Under the pieces are notes generated by a model. It had not been told where the DNA came from. It worked only from the letters and a program-made list of their open reading frames with translations, and ran no database searches. Shown here piece after piece: positions 8,937 through 18,254 of a DNA stretch of 64,000 bases. This DNA is from an uncultured Nitrososphaerota archaeon (GTDB lineage Archaea; Thermoproteota; Nitrososphaeria; Nitrososphaerales; Gagatemarchaeaceae), in contig OY969807.1 in NCBI GenBank assembly GCA_963703285.1, positions 1,568,001 to 1,632,000 of the forward strand, read 5' to 3'. The position numbers and the translations under genes are program-made. Position 1 is the stretch's first letter; every line of letters begins with the position of its first letter.

Positions 8937-9908
8937 TTACGGCCTGTTTCGGAATGTAATTTCGTCTTCGACTTTGAAGAGTTTGGCTTCTTCCTTGTCG
9001 ACAATCCCAGCAGTGGTCCCGATTAGCTCCGGGGACTTCTCAACAGTTCCAATAATGATAGATGTTGATTCACACTTCGGACATTTTATATCAATCGAGA
9101 AGATTGTGGTCATTGGAATCTTGTGCTCGTTCGTTTTGTAATCACACTTCTTGCAAGTCAATGGTACAATCACGTTCTCCGGATCAAGGCGTGATTTCAC
9201 CAATGAAGATTGCATAACTTGGTCGTCGAGCATGATACTATTGTCATAAAACATGTCTTCTATCTTGTGTTTTAGGTAGGCTCCTACTATGATTTTCTCG
9301 CGCTCTGGTAGCGACATGAATGCTTCGCTAGTGGATGACAAGACCATACTGCGCCGTTGAGGATACTGAAATGCTTGGATTCTCCCCAGCAAACCAGCCA
9401 TCACAAAGAAGAACCAATACGGAGCCTCGCCACCAGCCGCATACAGCGTGCTGAGCGGAGTTCCAACTGTATCAAGAAGTTCGCTGATGTGGCGAGCACG
9501 TACCATGTTAAGATAAACGGACTTGGAGAATTTGGTAATTGGACTATCAGGTTCCTCGACCGCGAATGCCTTCTCTAATATTCGCTCGTAATCGACACCG
9601 GCCTTCAGGCCTTCAGTTGATGTTACTACGAGAGCAAGGAATGTACCTTCTGCCGATAATTCATACTCAATTCTCACTTGATGATCGTCAACTTGAATCT
9701 TGTCATGTGTCACAAGTCCCTCTTTCACGCACCTATCAAGATATGTCAGAGCGGTGGGTTCCTTGATGGCCGCCTTTCTTGCAATTGCGCGCCTAGTAAG
9801 TGGGGTGTTTTCCCTCAGCATGGTTAGAAGCAGTTTTCTGTATCCCTTGGCCTGTATCGTGTAGGCTGATTCTCCTCTCCTGACTTTCTCAAAGATAGGT
9901 ATGGTCAT
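8937..9908 (-). CDS. N-terminal wHTH protein with a C-terminal Zn ribbon
   Basis: LTRRAIARKAAIKEPTALTYLDRCVKEGLV; CKKC...CPKC. Confidence 0.7.
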   Translation of the reverse strand: MTIPIFEKVRRGESAYTIQAKGYRKLLLTMLRENTPLTRRAIARKAAIKEPTALTYLDRCVKEGLVTHDKIQVDDHQVRIEYELSAEGTFLALVVTSTEGLKAGVDYERILEKAFAVEEPDSPITKFSKSVYLNMVRARHISELLDTVGTPLSTLYAAGGEAPYWFFFVMAGLLGRIQAFQYPQRRSMVLSSTSEAFMSLPEREKIIVGAYLKHKIEDMFYDNSIMLDDQVMQSSLVKSRLDPENVIVPLTCKKCDYKTNEHKIPMTTIFSIDIKCPKCESTSIIIGTVEKSPELIGTTAGIVDKEEAKLFKVEDEITFRNRP

Positions 9909-9964
9909 CTACGTTTTCGAGATTTGTTATAGAGAACTCTATTATATCAAAAGCGCGCTACGAA

Positions 9965-10007
9965 TTCTGACCGGGTCAGAAATCGGCTACAGTTCCTGAC
10001 CATGTCA
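9965..10007. promoter_or_regulatory. Pair of TGAC-N3-GTCA palindromes, putative operator
   Basis: ttctgaccgggtcagaa and ctgaccatgtca upstream of the wHTH gene. Confidence 0.4.
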
Positions 10008-10195
10008 TTTTAGGCTTCGCACTCTTCTTTTACTCGCCATGAACACTGTAGAGAACTGAGGACGAGGAACGGGATGGCGTTGCGCTACCATGGTAGTGCA
10101 TCCTGATGAAGTGCGAGTGAGGGGCATGATGTCTCCCGCCCTCTTCTCATAACTCCAGACCGCATGGACTTGGGTTACAAGATCTAGGTCCCTTG

Positions 10196-10242
10196 TAGTG
10201 GTTGATTGCGCCTCCGCCGGGGCATTTCATCCACACGTTTGG
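10196..10242 (-). repeat. Repeat R11
   Basis: tagtggttgattgcgcctccgccggggcatttcatccacacgtttgg. Confidence 0.93.
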
Positions 10243-10356
10243 TCACAGGTGAGGTCTTGAGACTGTACGTTGATAGTCAGACGCGAGTCAATAACAATGC
10301 GACTAGGACTTTACTTGGGTAAACCCTTAAATTGCGCCCTTTACCCTGGTAAACAC

Positions 10357-11106
10357 ATGGAACCCAAGGTGGATGGTTCGCACGCAACTCTTGAGGTTGT
10401 TGGGAATCATTGGCTCATTGATGGATCTCACCAGCTAGACTGTAACGTAATAGCAACTGCCTATCCTCCAAGGCTCAAGGGGTCCAGTTGCGAGGTCAAG
10501 TCCCTCTTCGTCGGAGTTACGCAAGAGAAGCCAGTAAAGGACTTCTTCCAATCGCTCAAGAATTGCGACCTAGTAATGACTGCGCCTAGTGATATTGGTC
10601 TCTATGCAGTAATCGAGTGCAAAGGAAGTCATTCTCTTGAATACCGCGCAAGCCGTTTTCAAGGTCGAATTGGTATGTCCGCGAATCCGAGAAACAAGAA
10701 ATTGCGACTCACAGTCGACTCGCCATTCAACTTGAATGCAAGTTGGTTCGTCGACCTATTTGAGGGTCTATCGGAAATGAAAATGGAGAAGGGACTGGCG
10801 CTGCAAAAGACAAAGATACCGCTCTCGGATTTCATAGAATTTGAGTCTCACCTAGAAGAGCTCGACGAGAAAGATGGACTGATAGCAAAAGAACTTTTGA
10901 AATCTGGATTCTATTCAGTGCCGAGACCTGAGGGATTAACTCTGGAATCTCTTGGGGAGAAAGTGAAACTAAGTAAGCCGGCTCTCATAACGCGAATCCG
11001 TAGATTGGAGTCGCTTGGAATCAAGAAGCTTCTTGTCTCTGAAGAGATTACAGAAGAAGACCAGGAAGCAGCATATTCCGCTTTCCAGGCCGCGCTCGAT
11101 AAGTAG
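10357..11106 (+). CDS. Regulator with a C-terminal Bat/HTH_10-like domain
   Basis: GFYSVPR...TLESLGEKVKLSKPALITRIRRLE; start uncertain (ORF open from 10270). Confidence 0.7.
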   Translation: MEPKVDGSHATLEVVGNHWLIDGSHQLDCNVIATAYPPRLKGSSCEVKSLFVGVTQEKPVKDFFQSLKNCDLVMTAPSDIGLYAVIECKGSHSLEYRASRFQGRIGMSANPRNKKLRLTVDSPFNLNASWFVDLFEGLSEMKMEKGLALQKTKIPLSDFIEFESHLEELDEKDGLIAKELLKSGFYSVPRPEGLTLESLGEKVKLSKPALITRIRRLESLGIKKLLVSEEITEEDQEAAYSAFQAALDK

Positions 11107-11517
11107 TTAGGGAAGCTCTTTGTCAATAGCGGCTCTGTCGAGTGCAAGAACTCCTATGTAGAAGAGGAGATTGCACTTCGCAGTTACAGTCCAAGTGCCC
11201 TGAGGAATGCTCTTGCAAAGCCCCAGAGAAATGAGTAGCTCCTGAAACCCACCGCCAGGCATAGCTTGGTCATTAATCTCATCGTAAGCCCACTTCATCT
11301 CCGGGATTTCAACGATTTCGTCGACAATCTTCCAAATCTGGCGGAATGACGATTCTTTTTCACATTTCTTCCTTAGAGAGCCATCTCTAGAAATGAAAGC
11401 TCGCTTGAGGCGATCGTGTGCGACAAGCTTGCAAAGGCCAGTCTTCTGTTCTATGTAGTCAATAATCGAATCGATTTTCGTCCCCCTAAGGCTTCTATAT
11501 TTGGTAGGCACACACAT
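11107..11517 (-). CDS. Hypothetical protein
   Basis: 136-aa ORF abutting the upstream membrane gene. Confidence 0.5.
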   Translation of the reverse strand: MCVPTKYRSLRGTKIDSIIDYIEQKTGLCKLVAHDRLKRAFISRDGSLRKKCEKESSFRQIWKIVDEIVEIPEMKWAYDEINDQAMPGGGFQELLISLGLCKSIPQGTWTVTAKCNLLFYIGVLALDRAAIDKELP

Positions 11518-11518
11518 C

Positions 11519-11896
11519 TCACTTCGACTCTCCTGTCCTACGAGCCAAATGTGAAGACTTCGAACGGATTTCTACAGAAAGCATGATTACAGAGACAATA
11601 AGCGCGAAGAGCACCAGTTCTATGATGGCCAGAAAAACGGCAATAATGTTTCCGAATTCGGTAACAGGATTGACTTGTGAGACATCTGCTCCTGTACTCT
11701 GCTTGAGACTGAACATTAATGCGTCAATCCAGCTATTGACATCCGCATTGTGCCCAACTTCTGCTACGTAGAACAAATATCCGAGTATAGGTATGCAAGC
11801 AACGAGCAGGACAATCAAAACTCCCAACCATTTCCGCAGGCTCTCTAGACTCTCAACTTCGACCTCCAAATCTCGTTGGGGGTTCAGGTCTGACAA
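11519..11896 (-). CDS. Two-TM pore-loop ion-channel-like protein (Ion_trans_2-like)
   Basis: TM1 - SWIDALMFSLKQSTGADVSQVNPVTEFGNII - TM2, KcsA-like spacing. Confidence 0.6.
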   Translation of the reverse strand: MSDLNPQRDLEVEVESLESLRKWLGVLIVLLVACIPILGYLFYVAEVGHNADVNSWIDALMFSLKQSTGADVSQVNPVTEFGNIIAVFLAIIELVLFALIVSVIMLSVEIRSKSSHLARRTGESK

Positions 11897-12017
11897 TCAA
11901 TTTCACTCGAGGTGGGAGTAGTGAATAGGATTAGAAATAAGGTTTCAATACGCACTATTCAGCTTATCGTGTAACCTTGCTTGCTCGTCATAGTCGTCGT
12001 TCCTGAACGATGTGTTG

Positions 12018-12033
12018 AGGTTCACTGCGCCTC
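12018..12033 (-). repeat. Repeat R12 (short, degenerate)
   Basis: aggttcactgcgcctc. Confidence 0.6.
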
Positions 12034-12266
12034 GGACGAGCAGTTTTCCGAGAAATGGAGGCGTTTAGATACACCGACAACATTTCTCTCCGATGTCTGA
12101 ACTTCGGAAATCGGCTAACTTCTAGTGCATCAAGCACAACCGGTTCTTCTGGGGCGTCGAGGAGTGCCCGTACTGCGACCCATCTCCAGCCGTTAGCAAG
12201 GAGAAATGACGTTCAAGCGACCTCCAGCGGAAGTCGCCAGATCATCGACTCAGAACCTACAGCCGA

Positions 12267-12341
12267 TTCTTGATTTAAGATGCCGAAAGAAAGGCATGCC
12301 ATGCATAAGGGTTCATTGCGCCTCCGCCGGGCATTTCATCC
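12267..12341 (-). repeat. Repeat R13 with extended distal flank shared with R9
   Basis: ttcttgatttaagatgccgaaagaaaggcatgccatgcataagggttcattgcgcctccgccgggcatttcatcc. Confidence 0.95.
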
Positions 12342-12408
12342 GGATGTTAGGCCCTAGGTGCGAGAAAGCGTTATTAGCAAGATTCGGTGTCTACGCAACG
12401 GGAATTGC

Positions 12409-12624
12409 ATGGCTGCCGTCCAAAGGGAATACGACTGGCTTGTGGAACATCATAAAGAGGCTGAGAAGCATGCTGGTCGATGGATAGCCATACTAGATGG
12501 AACGATTGTCGCAGACGGTAAGAGTTTTCGGGAGGCTCACAGGAAGGCGACGAGGGAGCATCCCAATGGCGTCCCCTTGGTGTTGTACGTGCCCAAGAAG
12601 AACGAAGAACTTCTGATTCTTTGA
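12409..12624 (+). CDS. DUF5678-like small protein
   Basis: HAGRWIAILDGTIVADGKSFREA; overlaps the downstream protease. Confidence 0.75.
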   Translation: MAAVQREYDWLVEHHKEAEKHAGRWIAILDGTIVADGKSFREAHRKATREHPNGVPLVLYVPKKNEELLIL

Positions 12625-13016
12625 CAAGATACGAGTTCAGGTACGCGCCGTTCAGGGGTTCCGTCTTCCCCATCATCCCCTTGCAGCTGAGAACGGCTGA
12701 TGGGGGGTGGCTTGCGACGACTGCATTGCTGGATTCAGGCGCAAGCATCAGCCTCTTCGACGGAGCGGTCGCGCGGGGTCTGGGAATCAAGGTCAGTGGT
12801 GGAAAGAAGGTAAGCCCGACGGGAATCGGTGGACCAATAACCGCATACGTTCAACGAATCATGCTCAAGATAGGTGATGGAGAATTCGAGGCAGCGATTG
12901 CCTTCACGGAAAGACGAAGGTTACCAATCAACTTGCTCGGAAGGGCCTATGTGTTTGACCGGTTCGTTGTCACATTCGACGAGAAAAGGATGAGGACGGT
13001 TCTGGAGACTGAATAG
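12621..13016 (+). CDS. Retropepsin-like aspartyl protease
   Basis: ALLDSGAS and NLLGR motifs. Confidence 0.85.
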   Translation: MTRYEFRYAPFRGSVFPIIPLQLRTADGGWLATTALLDSGASISLFDGAVARGLGIKVSGGKKVSPTGIGGPITAYVQRIMLKIGDGEFEAAIAFTERRRLPINLLGRAYVFDRFVVTFDEKRMRTVLETE

Positions 13017-13024
13017 AACCCTTC

Positions 13025-13051
13025 GCCATGTATAGGGTTCATTGCGCCTCC
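13025..13051 (-). repeat. Repeat R14
   Basis: gccatgtatagggttcattgcgcctcc, 9 nt after the stop. Confidence 0.93.
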
Positions 13052-13269
13052 CGTAGCTCAATAGAATCGAACTAACTTCTCTCTTTGACGATGTACCTCT
13101 TCGAGGTCGCGCCCAGCAGAGGTTTCCTACACGCCTCGGCACAGAAGCTAGGGGAAGCTTATTCTAATCTGCAACTTACGACGAGCACCAAGAGAGGAGG
13201 CGTGCTGCTGCAGAAGTAGCCCCGCGTCGCCCGCAGTACATGGAAGAAATGGCGAGAGGCGAGCGGCAG

Positions 13270-14406
13270 CTAGCGAATCCTCACACCGGAGTCTCCGGTC
13301 GTTCCAGACAGGGACTCTATTTGGGCCATGAATTCTTTGATTCTCTTCATGAGAAGCGCAAACACAATGAGGGCCGGTTCAGCAAGTGGAGCCAACAATT
13401 CAACGATCCACACAATGATTGACTTCAGAGCAGCCCATAGGATAGAGAGGCTTCCAATTGCTGACTCCAGCATTCCATTGAGCCTCTCGATGACTCTTGA
13501 CAATGTTTCAGTGGCAGAATTCCGAATCTTCTCGCTGAAGGTGAGCGCCAACAAGATAGAAACAACTGATAAGCCCAGAAGGAGCCACGCCCACTCAGGA
13601 ACCTTCTCGAGTTCTTCGGCTGAACCTGATGCAAATGCAACAAGAAAGCCCGCGATGGCTTCCATAATCTCCATGATAGCCTGAATGACAGCTACGACAA
13701 CGAATTTCGCCACGTCGAAGAGAGCCTTGGAAGATCCACCGATCAGAATTAACGACATGGAACCGGATTCATAGGTAAGCACTAGCTGTGCGGTGTCCTT
13801 GAGTTGGAATCTCCTAGTATTAGGTAGGTTCCCGAAGGCACGGATGTCGCCGCTAACTACAGCATCAGCCCCTTTCTCTATGGCCAATGCCAAGAATGGT
13901 ACATCCTCCGGTGCTTTGGGAGACAAGAGCATCCTGGCTTGGTCTATTGCCGTGACCGTTGTAGCCGAGGCTTTGTTGAGCTTAGCGATGAGTTCCTTCG
14001 CGTGACTTTTGGCGATGTCCAAGGAGCATCCCGCAGGAAGATCATGCCGAATATTCCGGTCTACCTCTACTTCGAGTTCAGGAGGGGCGAAAACTTCGAT
14101 GTAAGGCGAAGATAGGAGATGGGCAGTCGATGAGGGCTTGCCTTTCCCAACGCGAAAAGCGTCCTTCACTATGATATTGGAGTCAACAACCAGCGTTACT
14201 TTTCTCAAATCCCCGACGATGTCAGGGAGGAACTTCATCAGGCCATTTCTTATTGCTGAATGAACCTCAGGATTAAGGCGCCGGATTGTCGAGTCGAGCA
14301 ATTCCCCATATTGAGATTCATACTCCGAGAATTCGTCCCAGTTTTCGTCTGCGAAGTTCCCGAGGAGCTTCGCCATTCTGTTGGAAGTTGCGAGTCCCTT
14401 CGTCAC
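13270..14406 (-). CDS. PIN-domain protein with a C-terminal hydrophobic/TM helical region
   Basis: VVDSNII...E...EDVPFLALA...VSGD followed by several hydrophobic helices. Confidence 0.75.
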   Translation of the reverse strand: MTKGLATSNRMAKLLGNFADENWDEFSEYESQYGELLDSTIRRLNPEVHSAIRNGLMKFLPDIVGDLRKVTLVVDSNIIVKDAFRVGKGKPSSTAHLLSSPYIEVFAPPELEVEVDRNIRHDLPAGCSLDIAKSHAKELIAKLNKASATTVTAIDQARMLLSPKAPEDVPFLALAIEKGADAVVSGDIRAFGNLPNTRRFQLKDTAQLVLTYESGSMSLILIGGSSKALFDVAKFVVVAVIQAIMEIMEAIAGFLVAFASGSAEELEKVPEWAWLLLGLSVVSILLALTFSEKIRNSATETLSRVIERLNGMLESAIGSLSILWAALKSIIVWIVELLAPLAEPALIVFALLMKRIKEFMAQIESLSGTTGDSGVRIR

Positions 14407-14442
14407 GTCAACATCAGGAAGGATTGAAGAAGGGTTCTATTT

Positions 14443-14631
14443 CTATATGTCAAGCCGACGCTCCAGTCTCTTCTCGGGTTCTGATTCCCGTGGACCGGTC
14501 CGTCTTCGCCCCCTGATATGGCTAGGCAAAAGAGGTCGGGGAAAGCGAGATGCCGCCAAATGTTTAATGAATGCTTCTAGGTCATTCCATGCTTCCCTTT
14601 CAGCCTTGTCAAACGGATGCTCTTGGTCCAT
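14443..14631 (-). CDS. Small hypothetical protein upstream of the PIN-TM gene
   Basis: 62-aa ORF, same strand and same cassette. Confidence 0.4.
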   Translation of the reverse strand: MDQEHPFDKAEREAWNDLEAFIKHLAASRFPRPLLPSHIRGRRRTGPRESEPEKRLERRLDI

Positions 14632-14711
14632 TTCAGATAGTAGATATCCGGGGGTCTTCTTAAGGCAGTCAACCTCAACGTTTCCTCGATTGATTGTAAG
14701 GGATGGCTTTG

Positions 14712-14737
14712 GCCATGCATAGGGCTCATTGCGCCTC
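14712..14737 (-). repeat. Repeat R15
   Basis: gccatgcatagggctcattgcgcctc. Confidence 0.9.
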
Positions 14738-14772
14738 GGAGTAGAAACCTTAAGGAGATTGAGTGTCTGCAG

Positions 14773-15639
14773 ATGTGGTTAATGTTCACTGAGCTCCTGG
14801 ACAATGAATTCTTCGAAGCGGGAAGCCTTGTGACCAAATGGCCGTCGGAGTGTATTTGGGTTGAAGAAAACTATGAAGTGCAGGTTTCGCCGGGGATAAT
14901 CGAGGACGCTGAAAGGAAGAAGATTAGCAACCTAGTAGTAAGCAGCGATGACAAACCGGTAGGTTTCGTTCCAGTTCATGTCGTCAAACAAACATTAGTA
15001 TTGAAGGAGAAGTCAGTCAAGAAGGGAATCCCGTGGATTCAATCCGACTTGAAGCTGATTCCTCTGGTCAAGATCCTCAGTGATAAGGGAGCGCGAGGTT
15101 CTCCTCTGTTTTTCGTGCGAGACAATTCGCTTAGAACAATTGGGATATTGAACTACTCTGACCTGAACAGGAAGAGTGTGTATCTTTACAGCTACACAAT
15201 GTTACTCTTTCTCGAACATTGGATAAGGGACACAATCAGAAGGAAGAAGTGTTCGATGGACGAAAGTCTAAATTTCGTCTGTATTGAAGAACTGTTGAAG
15301 CTGTCAGGCCGCGGTAACATACACAAAACGCGATACGAAGAGATTGTTTCAAGAGTCCAGACTAGAGGTCAACACCATCTGGTGGCCTGTGATTTGAAAG
15401 ATTTATGCTACATCCTCCAAAAGGACCCTGTTCTCGGTGGTGCGAAACGTGAATTGACCCCCGTCACGATTGATTTCGCTAGTACCTTCTTAAGAAATCG
15501 AATAGCACATCCGAATAATCTGATCATTCCGAATTGCAATGCAGATAGGAATCTGGCGGATTTGCTAGAATTCTTTCTTGAAATGCGACATTTCATTCGT
15601 AGGCATGATTTTAACGACAAGACTCGAATATACAGTTAG
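14773..15639 (+). CDS. Hypothetical protein, CBS-like N-terminus and possible HEPN-like RxxxxH at the C-terminus
   Basis: IGILNYSDLNR; LRNRIAHP. Confidence 0.6.
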   Translation: MWLMFTELLDNEFFEAGSLVTKWPSECIWVEENYEVQVSPGIIEDAERKKISNLVVSSDDKPVGFVPVHVVKQTLVLKEKSVKKGIPWIQSDLKLIPLVKILSDKGARGSPLFFVRDNSLRTIGILNYSDLNRKSVYLYSYTMLLFLEHWIRDTIRRKKCSMDESLNFVCIEELLKLSGRGNIHKTRYEEIVSRVQTRGQHHLVACDLKDLCYILQKDPVLGGAKRELTPVTIDFASTFLRNRIAHPNNLIIPNCNADRNLADLLEFFLEMRHFIRRHDFNDKTRIYS

Positions 15640-15675
15640 CAAAGGATTACGGTTCGATTACACTAAGAAAAAGAT

Positions 15676-15729
15676 GGTATGCCATGCATAGCGTTCATTG
15701 CGCCTCCGCCGGGGCATTTCATCCATATG
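15676..15729 (-). repeat. Repeat R16
   Basis: ggtatgccatgcatagcgttcattgcgcctccgccggggcatttcatccatatg. Confidence 0.94.
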
Positions 15730-15734
15730 TCGAG

Positions 15735-16550
15735 TCAATTCTGCTGGCTGTGGAGGAGAAGTGCAGCCCCTATAATCAATAGTAAGACCATCAGGGCTGC
15801 CAGATCGAAATAGCTCTGGATGAAGAATGCACCCACGAATGGAGTGCTGCTTACGATGCCGAAGTAAATCAGCGTCGGAAGGCTAACCAGCACCAAAATA
15901 ATTCCAAGTGCTAGTTCTCCTACATTACTCCCCGGTTGCTCTACATGGGTGGTTGGTTTGCGGTTCTGGTAGGTCTGCGAGCCTGAGCTCTCGACCGTTC
16001 GCTGTCCTGTCGGTTTCGAGACTGAAGAATTGACTGCGTCGTATCCTTTTTCAGTTAGTCCAGCATTCTCTGTGATGTATCCCCTTTCGCATAACTGACC
16101 TAACTTGACCGAGACGACTTTGACATCCACACCCGTTGTCCTCGATAGCTCTTTCTTGTTTTTGGTGTACCTCAGAGTTCGGAGAAGATGCAGATCGAGT
16201 GATGAGAGCGGCATTGGTGTTTCGTCTTTGCCTTCCCCGGTTTCTGCCGTAGAGACTCCGCCTGTCGGTTCATTCTTTCCCGTCTGCATCGGTGCTGGAG
16301 ACTCTCCGGCTGGTTCCGCCTTTACGCTGAGTTGTGGTGGCGAAGGCATACCGCGCCTTACTGACGCCAAGATGATTGATGAAAGACCGAACGCTAGGAA
16401 AATGACTCCGACAGCCTCGAGACCGATGTTAGTCTTGGATGCGACAGAGGACAACGAATTAACGGATTGGCGGGAATAGCCTTCCGCTGACAGCAGAATC
16501 GCTCCGAATACAACGAGAAATGCGCCCGTATAAGCGAGGATTCGCTTCAT
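15735..16550 (-). CDS. Four-TM membrane protein with a central wHTH domain
   Basis: Two N-terminal and two C-terminal hydrophobic helices; KELSRTTGVDVKVVSVKLGQLCERGYI...LTEKG. Confidence 0.7.
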   Translation of the reverse strand: MKRILAYTGAFLVVFGAILLSAEGYSRQSVNSLSSVASKTNIGLEAVGVIFLAFGLSSIILASVRRGMPSPPQLSVKAEPAGESPAPMQTGKNEPTGGVSTAETGEGKDETPMPLSSLDLHLLRTLRYTKNKKELSRTTGVDVKVVSVKLGQLCERGYITENAGLTEKGYDAVNSSVSKPTGQRTVESSGSQTYQNRKPTTHVEQPGSNVGELALGIILVLVSLPTLIYFGIVSSTPFVGAFFIQSYFDLAALMVLLLIIGAALLLHSQQN

Positions 16551-16660
16551 GTTCCCGACTTGGTATTCCGCTCTCTATTATTTACGATACTCGAAGTGCG
16601 AAACCTCCCGAATCGGTTATGCTGTAGAGCTTCCTTAATCAGAACGTTATGTCAAAAAAT

Positions 16661-16688
16661 GGCATGCTATGTATAGGGTTCATTGCGC
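16661..16688 (-). repeat. Repeat R17 (distal half only, ends at the GCGC helix)
   Basis: ggcatgctatgtatagggttcattgcgc. Confidence 0.88.
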
Positions 16689-16750
16689 TGGAATGGTTGA
16701 GAAATTTGACATGATGCTCCTTAAGTCTTAATTCGAATCTGTCGCGAGTC

Positions 16751-17278
16751 GTGCCAGACAAAAAACAGGGCGAACCGGAAGATCGACTGACCGAAGCACG
16801 ATTAGGTCTTCTAAGCACCTACTCTTCACAGGCTACTACTCATGGCACATACGTCATTAGTTCAGTCGTCGTTCTTCTTACTTGGTTGCAGTTCTCGGGA
16901 ACTCTCGGATGGATTCGAGATGGCGTAGCTTCGCTAATTTTCACCGGGATCGTATACTCATTAATGAGAACTGTCTATTGGGGGACTCTTTCTACCAGCG
17001 TCATAAACTTGGGGGAATTCATCAGTAATGGAGAGATAGACTTCTCAAAGCTTGAGAAGCAGGACTATCTCGACGATAATGCCAAAGGTAAAATTGCCCG
17101 AGCTAAGGCAAGTGATGACCTCCTCCTGAGAGCTCATATACTGTCGGGTCCTACGTTTACCCAGAAGAAAGGGATTTCAATTGGAAGCTTCTTGCTGTTA
17201 ACACATAAGAAGAGGCCTTTTCTATATGCCGTCCTTATCTCCAGTTTCATCGTTTCTTTTGGCATCCTTTACTTCTGA
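16751..17278 (+). CDS. Hypothetical membrane protein
   Basis: 175 aa with about three hydrophobic segments. Confidence 0.65.
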   Translation: MPDKKQGEPEDRLTEARLGLLSTYSSQATTHGTYVISSVVVLLTWLQFSGTLGWIRDGVASLIFTGIVYSLMRTVYWGTLSTSVINLGEFISNGEIDFSKLEKQDYLDDNAKGKIARAKASDDLLLRAHILSGPTFTQKKGISIGSFLLLTHKKRPFLYAVLISSFIVSFGILYF

Positions 17279-17302
17279 CCCGGAGAATGAGCGTGGGTCG
17301 AA

Positions 17303-17356
17303 AGGGTTTCATTGCGCCTCCGCCGGGGCAATTTCATCAACACGTTGGGCTATAGT
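17303..17356 (-). repeat. Repeat R18
   Basis: agggtttcattgcgcctccgccggggcaatttcatcaacacgttgggctatagt. Confidence 0.94.
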
Positions 17357-17382
17357 CAGAGAGTCCTCTAGCACCCCGAGGA

Positions 17383-18135
17383 TTACACCCTCAGGTTCCT
17401 ACTCCATTTCTGGGGCTTCCTGTGGACGCAGATGTATGGACTTCCCGTTGATTCAGAATCCTTCAATTCGAATCCCGCATCGACCATAACATGGTTGAAG
17501 ATCCAGGGCGCCCAGATGTGAACCTCGACCTTGAACTTCGTATTGTCGTCCAAGTTCACGTGCAGCCTGCCTAGCGTCCCTTTCTCTCCATCGTATTTTG
17601 TGTGTACGGAGAGGATGTCTTTGTCGCCTGCTGGTTCATAGAGTACTTGCCGATAGAGTCCCGAGACCATCATGGATACGGTGTCGTTCAGCTCCGTGAT
17701 CATCACACCCCCAGGCCTAAGCACCCTGAAGGCCTGCTTCGCCGCCAGACTCATGTCTTCAATAGAGAAATGACCGACAGCTCCGAGGAAGACCACGACG
17801 TCGAAGGTGTCTCTCTTAAGCTCGAGCTTTCCTCTTGCGTCGCCTACCAGAAGCTTCGCTTTCGACGCCAGTTCCTCCGCTCGTTTTCTTGCTTCGAGGA
17901 TCATCCTCTCCTGAACGTCGACTCCGGTCATCGCGTACCCCTTCTTCTCAAGGGCGAAGAGAAAGAGACCGGCACCGCAGGCAAGGTCGAGAACACTTGA
18001 GCCCTTGCGAGGCAGGTGCTTCACGATTCTTGGAATCGAACGGTTGAGCCTTGCCTTTGCGGGGGCCGATTCTGCTATGTAAGGCGCCGTGTATAGTTCA
18101 TAGTACTTGGCGACCCCTTCGGGGAGTGGCTCCAT
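17383..18135 (-). CDS. Class I SAM-dependent methyltransferase
   Basis: VLDLACGAG; LRPGG. Confidence 0.9.
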   Translation of the reverse strand: MEPLPEGVAKYYELYTAPYIAESAPAKARLNRSIPRIVKHLPRKGSSVLDLACGAGLFLFALEKKGYAMTGVDVQERMILEARKRAEELASKAKLLVGDARGKLELKRDTFDVVVFLGAVGHFSIEDMSLAAKQAFRVLRPGGVMITELNDTVSMMVSGLYRQVLYEPAGDKDILSVHTKYDGEKGTLGRLHVNLDDNTKFKVEVHIWAPWIFNHVMVDAGFELKDSESTGSPYICVHRKPQKWSRNLRV

Positions 18136-18254
18136 CGACGCCGTTGTTCCTTGGTCCAGGATTTATCCATTCAGCTTTGCTAGCCCAGGAAGTGAATGGA
18201 AAGATTGAACGTTGGAACTGAGGAGGAACGTTCTGCCTTCTCCGAGGTGGTTTT

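Noticed and set aside
10080-10115. Hairpin followed by CTGATGA, a possible hammerhead ribozyme core
   Set aside because: No correctly placed GAAA or supporting stems were found.
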